Assembly: GCF_003966335.1 (NCBI RefSeq)
Contig: NZ_CP034549.1
Span: 1,680,001 to 1,712,000 of the forward strand
DNA from: Nonlabens ponticola
GTDB taxonomy: Bacteria > Bacteroidota > Bacteroidia > Flavobacteriales > Flavobacteriaceae
Direction of reading: 5' to 3'
Length of the DNA: 32,000 nucleotides
Positions 8,561 to 16,503 of the stretch are shown here, piece by piece. Below the pieces are notes generated by a model. The model saw only the letters and a list, made by a program, of their open reading frames with translations, had not been told where the DNA came from and made no database searches. A program made the translations under genes and the position numbers. Position 1 is the first letter of the stretch; every line of letters begins with the position of its first letter.

Positions 8561-8710
8561 TGGTGCGTTATGTAGCGAAATGGTGCAACGTGGGGCAATA
8601 TGGTGCATCATTTCTCCCTTGATTGTTGCCATTGGATTTGGGCAACAAATCACAATAGTGGGCAACAGATAGGAAACAAATTTATCTTATAAACAACAAA
8701 AGGGCAACAA
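8561..8710. repeat. Iteron-like array of short direct repeats, TGG(T/G)GCA / GGGCAACA, with 20-bp phasing
   Basis: TGGTGC occurs at 8561, 8581 and 8601. TGGGGCAAT is at 8591. GGGCAACA occurs at 8640, 8660 and 8702. An inverted GGCAACAATC is at 8621-8630. Two further GGGCAACA copies lie inside the adjacent CDS at 8227 and 8497. Confidence 0.6.
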
Positions 8711-8775
8711 AAAAGAGAAGTAGATATTAAATAATATCAACAATAACAAGCAGTTACGATAAAAGAGAAAGAGGA

Positions 8776-10212
8776 TTACTTCCCGATACAAAACTGCGAG
8801 AAAATATTACTCAGTAATTCATCATTAGTAATCTCGCCGGTAATCATTCCTATATGCTCCGCAGTAGCTTTAATGTCAATGGCAAGGAATTCACTTGAGA
8901 TTTCATTGGCAATACCTTGCTGGACTTCCATGAGCGACGCGTACGCTTTTTGTAGTGCGTCGTAGTGTCTTGCATTGCTCACGATACTATCATCACCACT
9001 TAAGGCGCCACTTTGAAAGCTGGCGACAAGTGCGTCTTTTAATTCCTCAACACCAGTTCCTGATTTTGCACTTAGCGAAATGACAATTGTCTCTGGAGAT
9101 CGCTTTTTTAGTTGTTTGGTAATCTCTGCATGCTCAAGGCCTGTGATTTCGTCTAGCTTATTCAAGACAACTACAACAGGTTTATCAGGAAATTTCTCTT
9201 TCATGATCTGGATGCGCATTAAACAATGCACAATCCGCGGATTGGTATTTAGTTGCGTTGCGTCAAGCAGGTAAAGCACTAGTCTTGATTGTTCTGCTTT
9301 TGCATAGCTGCGCTGGATTCCCATCGATTCAATAGTATCTGTGGTCTCACGAATTCCTGCGGTATCGATAAATCTAAAGCGTATGCCGTCAATATTAATC
9401 TCGTCCTCGATACTATCGCGCGTGGTTCCAGCAATGTCGCTTACGATGGCCTTTTCCTCATTTAGTAGGGCATTGAGTAAGGTGGATTTACCCACATTAG
9501 GCTCGCCCACAATGGCAATAGGAATTCCTGATTTGAGCACATTTCCCAGTGCAAAAGAATCTATAAGCTTACGCAGTGTTTGTTGGCTTTCAGCTAGTAA
9601 TCTTTTTAAGTCATCACGATTGGCAAACTCTACATCTTCCTCGCTAAAATCTAGTTCCAGCTCAATCATACTGGAAAAATTGAGTAGCTGTGCGCGCAAT
9701 TCCTGCAACTCGCTGGAAAAGCCGCCACGCATTTGTTGCAGGGCAATCTGGTGCGCGGTCTCACTTTCACTGGCGATGAGGTCTGCAACGGCTTCGGCTT
9801 GTGAGAGATCCATCTTGGCATTTAAGAATGCCTGCAGCGTGAATTCACCAGCTTTTGCTGCGCGAGAACCATTTTGCAGGCACAGTGCAATTATTTCTTG
9901 TTGTATGTAAATGGAACCGTGACATGAAATTTCCACGACGTGTTCGCCCGTATAGGACCGTGGCGCATCAAACCTTGTCAGTAGTACCTGATCTACGATT
10001 CTGTTGCCATCGTACACGCGTCCCAAAGTCACTGTATTGGGATGTAGTCTTTCAAATAGCTTTAATGATGGTCGTGAGTTAGCTTTCGCGAAAGCGGGAA
10101 CAAAAACAGCCGCTGCAATCTCATGGGCATCTGGTCCAGACAAACGTATCACTGCAATGGCGCCTGAACCAGCTGGTGTGGCGAGTGCGACTATGGTATC
10201 ATTTTTAAACAT
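8776..10212 (-). CDS. mnmE: tRNA modification GTPase MnmE (TrmE)
   Basis: N-terminal MFKNDTIVALATPAGSGAIAVIRLSG. G-domain motifs GEPNVGKSTLLN, DTAG and NKLD. C-terminal CIGK motif. The start is set at Met18 of the track ORF (ATG at 10212). Confidence 0.9.
   Translation of the reverse strand: MFKNDTIVALATPAGSGAIAVIRLSGPDAHEIAAAVFVPAFAKANSRPSLKLFERLHPNTVTLGRVYDGNRIVDQVLLTRFDAPRSYTGEHVVEISCHGSIYIQQEIIALCLQNGSRAAKAGEFTLQAFLNAKMDLSQAEAVADLIASESETAHQIALQQMRGGFSSELQELRAQLLNFSSMIELELDFSEEDVEFANRDDLKRLLAESQQTLRKLIDSFALGNVLKSGIPIAIVGEPNVGKSTLLNALLNEEKAIVSDIAGTTRDSIEDEINIDGIRFRFIDTAGIRETTDTIESMGIQRSYAKAEQSRLVLYLLDATQLNTNPRIVHCLMRIQIMKEKFPDKPVVVVLNKLDEITGLEHAEITKQLKKRSPETIVISLSAKSGTGVEELKDALVASFQSGALSGDDSIVSNARHYDALQKAYASLMEVQQGIANEISSEFLAIDIKATAEHIGMITGEITNDELLSNIFSQFCIGK
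10082..10095. repeat. Copy of the GCTTTCGCGAAAGC palindrome inside mnmE
   Basis: Read directly. Encodes VPAFAKANS on the minus strand. The 22 nt at 10074-10095 are identical to 25052-25073. Confidence 0.95.
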
Positions 10213-10353
10213 ACCCAAAGGTACAAATGATGACGCGCACCACATAATGGCGTGCCTCGACAATTGGATTTTAATACAATGAGATTAAGGTCAGCTTTTG
10301 AGACTATTGGTGATATTTTCTTACCTTATCGATGTAATAAAAACCTATCCATC

Positions 10354-12825
10354 ATGAAGATTTTGAATCGTGTACTATTACTTTTTATGATTTTTGCTTT
10401 CGCGAAAGCATACTCTCAAGAAAAGCTAAACTACCAACAACCATCAGAAGAAATAATGAAACTCGTGGACTATGATCGCCCGCCATGGACGCTCATCGAC
10501 GATGATACAGAAAATATGGTACTGCTATACAGAGACACCTATAAATCCATCGCATCGCTGTCTGAAGAAGAGATGCGGCTAGGTGGATTGCGTATCAATC
10601 CAAAAACCAATATTGGTAGTCGCACGACTTTCTATGATAAAGTTGCCCTGCAAAAAGTAGGTTCCAAAACCTCAAAACCCGTAGCTGGATTACCAGAAAA
10701 TGCCAAGCTCGCGTACATCAATTGGTCTCCTGATCAATCCATGATTGCTATGACTAATACCAATGAGACAGGAACGGCGGTCTGGATTCTTGATATAGAG
10801 AAAGGTAGTGCTCGACAGGCAACTGGATATAGTGTCAATGCAAACATGGGTAATCCCATCGACTGGTTTGAAGATGGTAGTGCGCTGTTGGTCAAGATGC
10901 TGGCAGATGATCGCAAACCACTCATTGATACCGACGTCGCCATACCAACTGGACCAACCATATCTACAAGCGACGGTTCCAAAGCGCAAAATAGAACCTA
11001 TCAAGATTTATTGAAGAACCCAGCAGATGAGCACAACTTTGAACAATTGGCATTGAGTAAATTAGTCAAGGTGTCCATGGATGGAAAAGCGACTGATTTC
11101 TTGCCAGCAGCCATGTATAGAGGTGTGTCATTCTCTCCAGATGGATCTCACGTGATGGTTTCAAAGCTTCAAAAGCCATTTTCATACATCGTCACCTATG
11201 GTAGGTTCCCACAACAATCGACTGTCTATGATAATAAGGGAACGCTTGTACAGGTAGTGAATAATGTACCACTTATTGAAGAGATGCCACAAGGTTTCAT
11301 GGCAGAGCGTACCGGCAAACGTGACGTGAGCTGGCGTGCTGACAAGCCACACACACTTATGTATGCAGAGGCACTTGACAACGGTGATCCAGCGATGGAT
11401 GTTCCCTATCGCGATGCGGTCTATAGCTGGGAAGCACCATTTACTGATGCAACTAGCACCCTTATGTTGAAGACCAAAGATCGATTCTCTGGAATACAAT
11501 TTGGCAACAAGAATACCGCAGTTGCCTATGATTACTGGTGGAATACGAGAAATACAAGAACCTACGTTTTTGATCCGTCCAATAATAAGGTGGAACCTAA
11601 AGTAATTTCAGACCGCAGCTATCAAGATGTTTATTCTGATCCAGGTGATTTTGTAACGACTAAAAATGAGTACGGCAACAATGTCCTAAAGCTAGATGGG
11701 ACGACTGCTTATTTGATGGGTGATGGATACTCTGATGATGGACAGTTCCCATTTGTAAGTCAAATGAATCTCAAAACTGGAAATTCAAAAATGATGTACA
11801 AGTCGGCTTATACCGATAAGAAAGAAACACTTGTTGAAGCGCTGGACATGGATAAAGGAACGGTCCTAGTAAGAATTGAAGGACCTACGGAGTATCCTAA
11901 TTACTATATACGCAATATCAAGAAAAAGAATAGTGTTGACCAGATCAGCTATTTTGAGAACCCTTTCTCAGGATTGCAAGATGTACATAAAGAATTAATT
12001 ACCTACAAACGTGATGATGGTGTGGACTTGAGTGCAACGCTTTATTTGCCGCCTAATTATGATAAGTCGAGTAAGGAAAAATTGCCTATGCTGGTTTGGG
12101 CTTATCCGCGTGAATATAAGGATGCCAGCAGCGCAGGTCAAAACACTCAAAATCCTAATGAATTCATCTATCCCAGCTACGGTAGCTTTGTTTATTGGGT
12201 CATGAAAGGATATGCGGTAGTAGATGATGCTTCATTCCCTATCATAGGTGAAGGTGAAGAAGAGCCTAATGATACTTTCATACCACAATTGGTAGCCAAT
12301 GGTAAAGCAGCTATTGATGCCGTTGATGAAATGGGTTATGTAGATAGAAATCGAGTAGGTGTAGGCGGTCATAGTTATGGTGCGTTTATGACGGCAAACT
12401 TGCTTGCGCATTCTGATTTATTTGCCGCTGGTATCGCACGATCTGGTGCTTATAATAGAACATTAACGCCGTTTGGTTTCCAGAGTGAGGAGCGCAACTA
12501 TTGGGAAGCTCCAGATATCTACAATACGATGTCACCATTTATGAATGCAGAAAAAGTAGATGAACCTATTTTGTTAATTCATGGTCAGGCAGACAATAAC
12601 AGTGGTACTTATCCTTTACAAAGTGAGCGTTATTTCAACGCTTTGAAAGGGCTAGGCGCAACAGCTAGATTAGTAATGTTACCTAAAGAAAGTCATGGTT
12701 ATGCGGCCAAAGAATCTATCCTGCACGTACTTTGGGAACAAGATCAGTGGTTGGAGAAATATGTAAAGAACAAATCATCGCAGGCTGAAATTGATTCAGA
12801 TGATAAAATCAAAGGAAAGCCATAG
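10354..12825 (+). CDS. Secreted S9-family serine peptidase (prolyl oligopeptidase / dipeptidyl-peptidase-like, with a beta-propeller N-domain)
   Basis: Signal peptide MKILNRVLLLFMIFAFAKA/YSQ from the ATG at 10354. Catalytic triad context: GGHSYGAF (Ser), HGQADNN (Asp), ESHGY (His). Confidence 0.85.
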   Translation: MKILNRVLLLFMIFAFAKAYSQEKLNYQQPSEEIMKLVDYDRPPWTLIDDDTENMVLLYRDTYKSIASLSEEEMRLGGLRINPKTNIGSRTTFYDKVALQKVGSKTSKPVAGLPENAKLAYINWSPDQSMIAMTNTNETGTAVWILDIEKGSARQATGYSVNANMGNPIDWFEDGSALLVKMLADDRKPLIDTDVAIPTGPTISTSDGSKAQNRTYQDLLKNPADEHNFEQLALSKLVKVSMDGKATDFLPAAMYRGVSFSPDGSHVMVSKLQKPFSYIVTYGRFPQQSTVYDNKGTLVQVVNNVPLIEEMPQGFMAERTGKRDVSWRADKPHTLMYAEALDNGDPAMDVPYRDAVYSWEAPFTDATSTLMLKTKDRFSGIQFGNKNTAVAYDYWWNTRNTRTYVFDPSNNKVEPKVISDRSYQDVYSDPGDFVTTKNEYGNNVLKLDGTTAYLMGDGYSDDGQFPFVSQMNLKTGNSKMMYKSAYTDKKETLVEALDMDKGTVLVRIEGPTEYPNYYIRNIKKKNSVDQISYFENPFSGLQDVHKELITYKRDDGVDLSATLYLPPNYDKSSKEKLPMLVWAYPREYKDASSAGQNTQNPNEFIYPSYGSFVYWVMKGYAVVDDASFPIIGEGEEEPNDTFIPQLVANGKAAIDAVDEMGYVDRNRVGVGGHSYGAFMTANLLAHSDLFAAGIARSGAYNRTLTPFGFQSEERNYWEAPDIYNTMSPFMNAEKVDEPILLIHGQADNNSGTYPLQSERYFNALKGLGATARLVMLPKESHGYAAKESILHVLWEQDQWLEKYVKNKSSQAEIDSDDKIKGKP
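10395..10410. repeat. Copy of the palindrome (TGCTTTCGCGAAAGCA) in the signal peptide of the S9 peptidase
   Basis: Read directly. Encodes MIFAFAKA/YSQ. Confidence 0.95.
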
Positions 12826-12854
12826 ATAGACGTTGAGCATACTTAATAATTGAT

Positions 12855-12887
12855 AAAATGCGATCCTGCTGTAGGATCGCATTTTTT
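12855..12887 (+). terminator. Rho-independent terminator of the S9 peptidase gene
   Basis: AAAATGCGATCCT (12855-12867), loop GCTGT, AGGATCGCATTTT (12873-12885), followed by a T-run. Confidence 0.75.
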
Positions 12888-13052
12888 GTTCAAAGATCCC
12901 AGCAAAAATGATTGAACTTAATGAAACACTGATTCATTATAACGCGAGAACCCTATTGAATACGCTCAAACCTGATAAATTGATGTTCTTGCTTACCGTC
13001 AAAACAACACAAAGACTTTGAAGTGCGATTCATATCCAATAACGAACGCAAA

Positions 13053-13080
13053 TAAAAAGCCCATCGTGAGATGGGCTTTG
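13053..13080 (-). terminator. Rho-independent terminator of the T9SS cargo gene
   Basis: AAAGCCCATC (13056-13065), loop GTGA, GATGGGCTTT (13070-13079). The minus strand reads stem-loop then TTTTTATT. Confidence 0.7.
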
Positions 13081-13103
13081 AATCAACTTAGTGTATTATC
13101 AGT

Positions 13104-15473
13104 TTACTTTACCAGCAATCTTAGGCTTGCTGTAGCTTGATCGCTGTTTACAGTGACAAGGTAGATTCCTGTACTCAGTGAAGATACATCTAGCGTCGCT
13201 ATGCCAGAGTTATCAAAAGATACCGCATTAGCTACGATAGTTTGACCCAAGGTATTTGAAACTGTAACTAGACTTTCAATACCTGACAACGAGTTTGCTT
13301 TTATAGTAACGATATCAGTACTTGCTGGATTAGGATAGATACTGAGGTTTGCTGCTAGCTCTACATCGTCATTTGAGGCAGTGCTTGACTCAAATTCAAG
13401 CGAGAATCTATCTGCTGCATCAGCATTTGTATCGGTGACCTCAAATGATACTGTGTTTTCACCATTCTCAAGTATTGTTCTAGTATTAGCAAATCGATCA
13501 TTTAAGATAGCGACCATTCCACCAGGTAAGTTGCTTACATCTATTGAAAATACATAGGAGTCATTATCATAACCTCTTAGGTCTAGATCTAGAACCTCAT
13601 TATTTTCTGGTAATGCTCTGTGTTCAACGCTAACAAGCTGACCATCAATAGAACGCGATAGATTTTCATCTGGATTGAAGATTTTTAATCCGTCGCGTAG
13701 ATTCAAAACATTAGTATCATCAAATACGATAGATAGCTCATCATAAGTGATGACATCACTATTACCGCTGGTCAATTTCATGATAATCGATGTGGTCTGG
13801 TCATCACTAAACGTTGTGAGATTGGTGTTATTAGTACTGACATCGCCATAATCAAAACCTAAGGAAGCGGCACCATCTGCAGCTGTTGTTACAAAAAACG
13901 ATTGTCCTGGTTGAATGAATTGTAATGGATTTACTACACCAGAAACATCTACGGTTTCATAGGCACCTCTAGTAGATGCGTTGGCGTTCCATACGTAGAT
14001 AAAGTTAGGATTGACATTGCTTTTAGTCAACAATTCATAATCAACAACAGCCTGATAAGGATTACCTACAAGACTGAAGTTTCCTGCCGTTTCATTCAGA
14101 TTATCAGCTGTAAAAGCATCGAGTTCAGGAGTTCCAGTTACTGGTAAAGTCACATTACTGTTAGGTGCTGGCGCATCAGTATCGCTCAAATCATAATTGC
14201 GATCGCCACGTACAAATATTCTAAACGGCTCACCTACGGCAAGTCCACGTACATCAGTATTGTCAACAGCATTCCATGCTTCACTTTGATTACTAGCTGT
14301 ATTGTCAAATGTAAATAGAGAAGGTGCACCGCTTATCGTTGCATCAAATCCATTAGATCCATCAGTCGAACCAGTAATTTGAGTACCTATTCCAGCATCG
14401 CTGTTGCCATTGTCTTGCCAGTTTTGGTAAATGCTACCTTGACTAGCAACTGGTGACGATACAAATCTGAAAGCCCTACGGTTATTATCTGCCGCTGGAA
14501 TAAATCGCTCTACCGTTATATTTCCAGTGACGGCAGCGCTTGATGTAGCAACCAATTGTGCTGTTCCAGCTGCATCGCTATCAAAAATGACCGTACCGTT
14601 ATTATTCAATGCGCCGTTTAAGTTTAATACCTGTTCTCCAGCTATTGAGAGTGATCCATTTGATTCTACGGTAATTGAATTGTCAACGGTAATGTCAACA
14701 TCGCCAGTAACATTATTTTTAATGATTATTTTCTCACTCGATATGGGAATTATACCATTTGTCCAGGTAGCTGTCGAGCTCCAATTACCATCGGCAATAG
14801 TTCTAGACGCTCCCGTAAAATTCAAGTTAGAAGTAAAGGTCACATCATCTGTACCTGGATTATTTGCAGGTAATCCATTACCATAACCTTCATTGCTTCT
14901 AAAAACGCCATTACCGCCAAAACCGTCCATGTAGGTAATCAAGAAATCAAAGCTGTTGGAATTAGGAATGCCTAAATCTTCCCATTTGAAAGAGAATGTG
15001 AAAGAAGCATCAGTATTGCTTGAAGGATTTCCAACCCCAACGACAAATGGGAATTCTGCATTTTCAACAAGTGTCCATAATCCACCAAAGCTCGTATTAA
15101 TCGCAATAGCATAATCTGCTTCAAATCCAGCGGGAAAATTTACTACAGAGCGAGAAGCACCGTCAAATCCACCGAAACCAGCAATAGAACGCCTTAATTT
15201 ATCACCCGAGCTTGGATCATTAAAATTTGCGGTAGAAGTAAAACCACCTGTTTTAGAATCAATGTAAATGACAAGCTCGTTATTAAAGTTATCGTTGGTT
15301 CCTCTGGTGAAAGTTCCAGTAACCGTCGTTCCATCATCAGTCAATTGCAGGCTACTTTGGCCAACTGGACCACCAAAACCACTATTACCATTACCAGAAT
15401 AAGAACTTTGAGCACCGCTCAAGAATCCAACTGCAATGGCGATGAATAAAGTCAAAAAGTAATGTTTCTTCAT
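13104..15473 (-). CDS. Large secreted protein with a T9SS (Por) C-terminal sorting domain; function unknown
   Basis: 789 aa. Signal peptide MKKHYFLTLFIAIAVGFLSGAQS. The C-terminus LSIYPNPASTDIVTIKAN...GIYLVTVNSDQATASLRLLVK matches the type A T9SS sorting domain pattern. Composition is Thr/Ser/Asn/Gly-rich and beta-rich. Confidence 0.8.
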   Translation of the reverse strand: MKKHYFLTLFIAIAVGFLSGAQSSYSGNGNSGFGGPVGQSSLQLTDDGTTVTGTFTRGTNDNFNNELVIYIDSKTGGFTSTANFNDPSSGDKLRRSIAGFGGFDGASRSVVNFPAGFEADYAIAINTSFGGLWTLVENAEFPFVVGVGNPSSNTDASFTFSFKWEDLGIPNSNSFDFLITYMDGFGGNGVFRSNEGYGNGLPANNPGTDDVTFTSNLNFTGASRTIADGNWSSTATWTNGIIPISSEKIIIKNNVTGDVDITVDNSITVESNGSLSIAGEQVLNLNGALNNNGTVIFDSDAAGTAQLVATSSAAVTGNITVERFIPAADNNRRAFRFVSSPVASQGSIYQNWQDNGNSDAGIGTQITGSTDGSNGFDATISGAPSLFTFDNTASNQSEAWNAVDNTDVRGLAVGEPFRIFVRGDRNYDLSDTDAPAPNSNVTLPVTGTPELDAFTADNLNETAGNFSLVGNPYQAVVDYELLTKSNVNPNFIYVWNANASTRGAYETVDVSGVVNPLQFIQPGQSFFVTTAADGAASLGFDYGDVSTNNTNLTTFSDDQTTSIIMKLTSGNSDVITYDELSIVFDDTNVLNLRDGLKIFNPDENLSRSIDGQLVSVEHRALPENNEVLDLDLRGYDNDSYVFSIDVSNLPGGMVAILNDRFANTRTILENGENTVSFEVTDTNADAADRFSLEFESSTASNDDVELAANLSIYPNPASTDIVTIKANSLSGIESLVTVSNTLGQTIVANAVSFDNSGIATLDVSSLSTGIYLVTVNSDQATASLRLLVK

Positions 15474-15489
15474 GTCTTGAAATTTTAAT

Positions 15490-15497
15490 CAAATATA
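15490..15497 (-). promoter_or_regulatory. Bacteroidota -7 box (TAnnTTTG) for the T9SS cargo gene
   Basis: The minus strand reads TATATTTG, 16 nt upstream of the ATG at 15473. Confidence 0.45.
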
Positions 15498-15632
15498 TCT
15501 TAATAAACGTAAAGTTATTCGATTGGATATGCGCTTAGACCTTAATTTTAAAGTCTTTATCGATTTTTCACCACCTTACACAGTATCTCTTTACGATCAA
15601 AGACTTCCTGACTTGAATTGTTGCTTTAAATG

Positions 15633-15654
15633 ATTCCGCTTTCGCGAAAGCGGA
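15633..15654. repeat. Copy of the palindrome extended to 22 bp (TTCCGCTTTCGCGAAAGCGGAA), intergenic
   Basis: Read directly. Lies about 35 nt upstream of the -7 box at 15690. Confidence 0.95.
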
Positions 15655-15689
15655 ACCCTAAATCATCTTTACGCTACTTAACAGCATCC

Positions 15690-15697
15690 TATATTTG
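15690..15697 (+). promoter_or_regulatory. Bacteroidota -7 box (TAnnTTTG), 4 nt before the ATG at 15702
   Basis: TATATTTG followed by AATT then ATG. Confidence 0.45.
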
Positions 15698-15701
15698 AAT
15701 T

Positions 15702-16130
15702 ATGTATTCTAAGGAAGAAGCAAAGCAAGTGCGTCAGGATTTCTGGACGTTTTTTGGGAAGCGATATGATCGCAAGTGGTTGCTGTACAATACTGGCATT
15801 AAAGACCTAGTGCTCAAGTTTGAGTTTGAGGATAACCGTGCGATTGTAGGCATTGATTTAATGCACGACGATCAATTTTATAGAGAATACTATTTTGATA
15901 AATTACTGTCCTTAAAGGCCTTAATGTTTGAGGAAGTAAGTCAGGAATTAATCTTTGATCCAGATTATAGGACCGAGTCTGGTAAGATCATATCACGTAT
16001 TTATGTATACTTAGACAATGTAAAAATCCAACGTAAAACAGACTGGCCGGCAGTATACAATTTCTACTATAAATACATGGATAGATTGGAACAATTCTAT
16101 CTAGAGTATCGCGATTTTGTCAAGAATTGA
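15702..16130 (+). CDS. Conserved hypothetical cytoplasmic protein (reminiscent of DUF4268-type small Flavobacterial proteins)
   Basis: 142-aa ORF with a promoter box directly upstream. The family assignment is from memory only (QDFWTFFGKRY... N-terminus). Confidence 0.55.
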   Translation: MYSKEEAKQVRQDFWTFFGKRYDRKWLLYNTGIKDLVLKFEFEDNRAIVGIDLMHDDQFYREYYFDKLLSLKALMFEEVSQELIFDPDYRTESGKIISRIYVYLDNVKIQRKTDWPAVYNFYYKYMDRLEQFYLEYRDFVKN

Positions 16131-16497
16131 TACGCTCTTGCAAATGTTTAATGGTACGCATTACTTGTTTTAATCCTTCAGGATAAAGTGTTTCAAATTG
16201 CTCAAAAAGTGCAGGTATTTTTTCTACCTCGTCAGTTTCTTTAGCTCGGGTTTCTATTTCTTGTAGTAAAGTAGTTTCTTCCTGCATCCCTAGCATGCGG
16301 TAGCTAGATTTAACTTTATGGGCCAGCAATCCACTGGCATGATAATCCTGTTGAGCCATGTGCTGTTTGAGGTCATCGTAATCTTGAGGTACCTCTTGCA
16401 TGAACATTTCTAGCACAGCTACAAATGTCTCTGGATCATCACCAAAGGAATCGTGTAATTGCTCTAATTCTAAAATTTCTTTTTTACTCATACTCAT
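16120..16497 (-). CDS. Stand-alone histidine phosphotransfer (Hpt) domain protein
   Basis: 125 aa. LLAHKVKSSYRMLGM fits the Hpt H-x-x-K-(G/S)-S phosphorylation motif, within a four-helix-bundle-like sequence. The start lies 6 nt after the comM stop. Confidence 0.7.
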   Translation of the reverse strand: MSMSKKEILELEQLHDSFGDDPETFVAVLEMFMQEVPQDYDDLKQHMAQQDYHASGLLAHKVKSSYRMLGMQEETTLLQEIETRAKETDEVEKIPALFEQFETLYPEGLKQVMRTIKHLQERINS

Positions 16498-16503
16498 TAC
16501 TAT

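Larger units (their letters stand above)
1..8770. mobile_element. Integrative (possibly mobilizable) genomic island inserted next to the 3' end of mnmE. The left boundary lies outside the window.
   Basis: Abrupt composition shift: hand counts give about 28% GC at nt 1-60 versus about 48% at nt 9001-9060. A tyrosine integrase sits at the mnmE-proximal end. There are three HTH_17/excisionase-like genes, a Rep-like gene and RM cargo. All nine genes are co-directional on the minus strand with 2-61 nt gaps, apart from one 105-nt gap containing a hairpin. A cluster of phased short repeats lies at 8561-8710. Confidence 0.6.

Noticed and set aside
8558-8665. N-terminal 36 codons of track ORF 8198..8665, and antisense ORF 8466..8672
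   Set aside because: The segment coincides with the 20-bp-phased repeat array, and the peptide (MPTIVICCPNPMATIKGEMMHHIAPRCTISLHNAPF) does not look protein-like. The Zn-ribbon domain begins right after Met37.
9080-10353. ORFs 9080..9274, 9341..9910, 9855..10082 and 10004..10282 (+), and the 5' extensions of mnmE (10213-10263) and the S9 peptidase (10252-10353)
   Set aside because: The plus-strand ORFs are shadows of mnmE, Ser/Ala/Cys-rich with no motifs. The conserved MnmE N-terminus begins at Met18. The peptidase signal peptide begins at Met35 (ATG 10354).
10690-11499. ORFs 10690..11004 (-), 10734..10982 (-), 10808..11014 (+) and 11182..11499 (-)
   Set aside because: All are embedded in, or out of frame with, the well-supported S9 peptidase gene.
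12908-13021. 37-codon ORF (MIELNETLIHYNARTLLNTLKPDKLMFLLTVKTTQRL) in the 278-bp spacer between two terminators
   Set aside because: There is no TAnnTTTG box or other start signal that I can see. It is too short to evaluate without homology search. It could be a gene remnant, but this is unsupported.
14527-14886. ORF 14527..14886 (+)
   Set aside because: It is antisense to the 789-aa T9SS cargo gene, which has both a signal peptide and a sorting domain.
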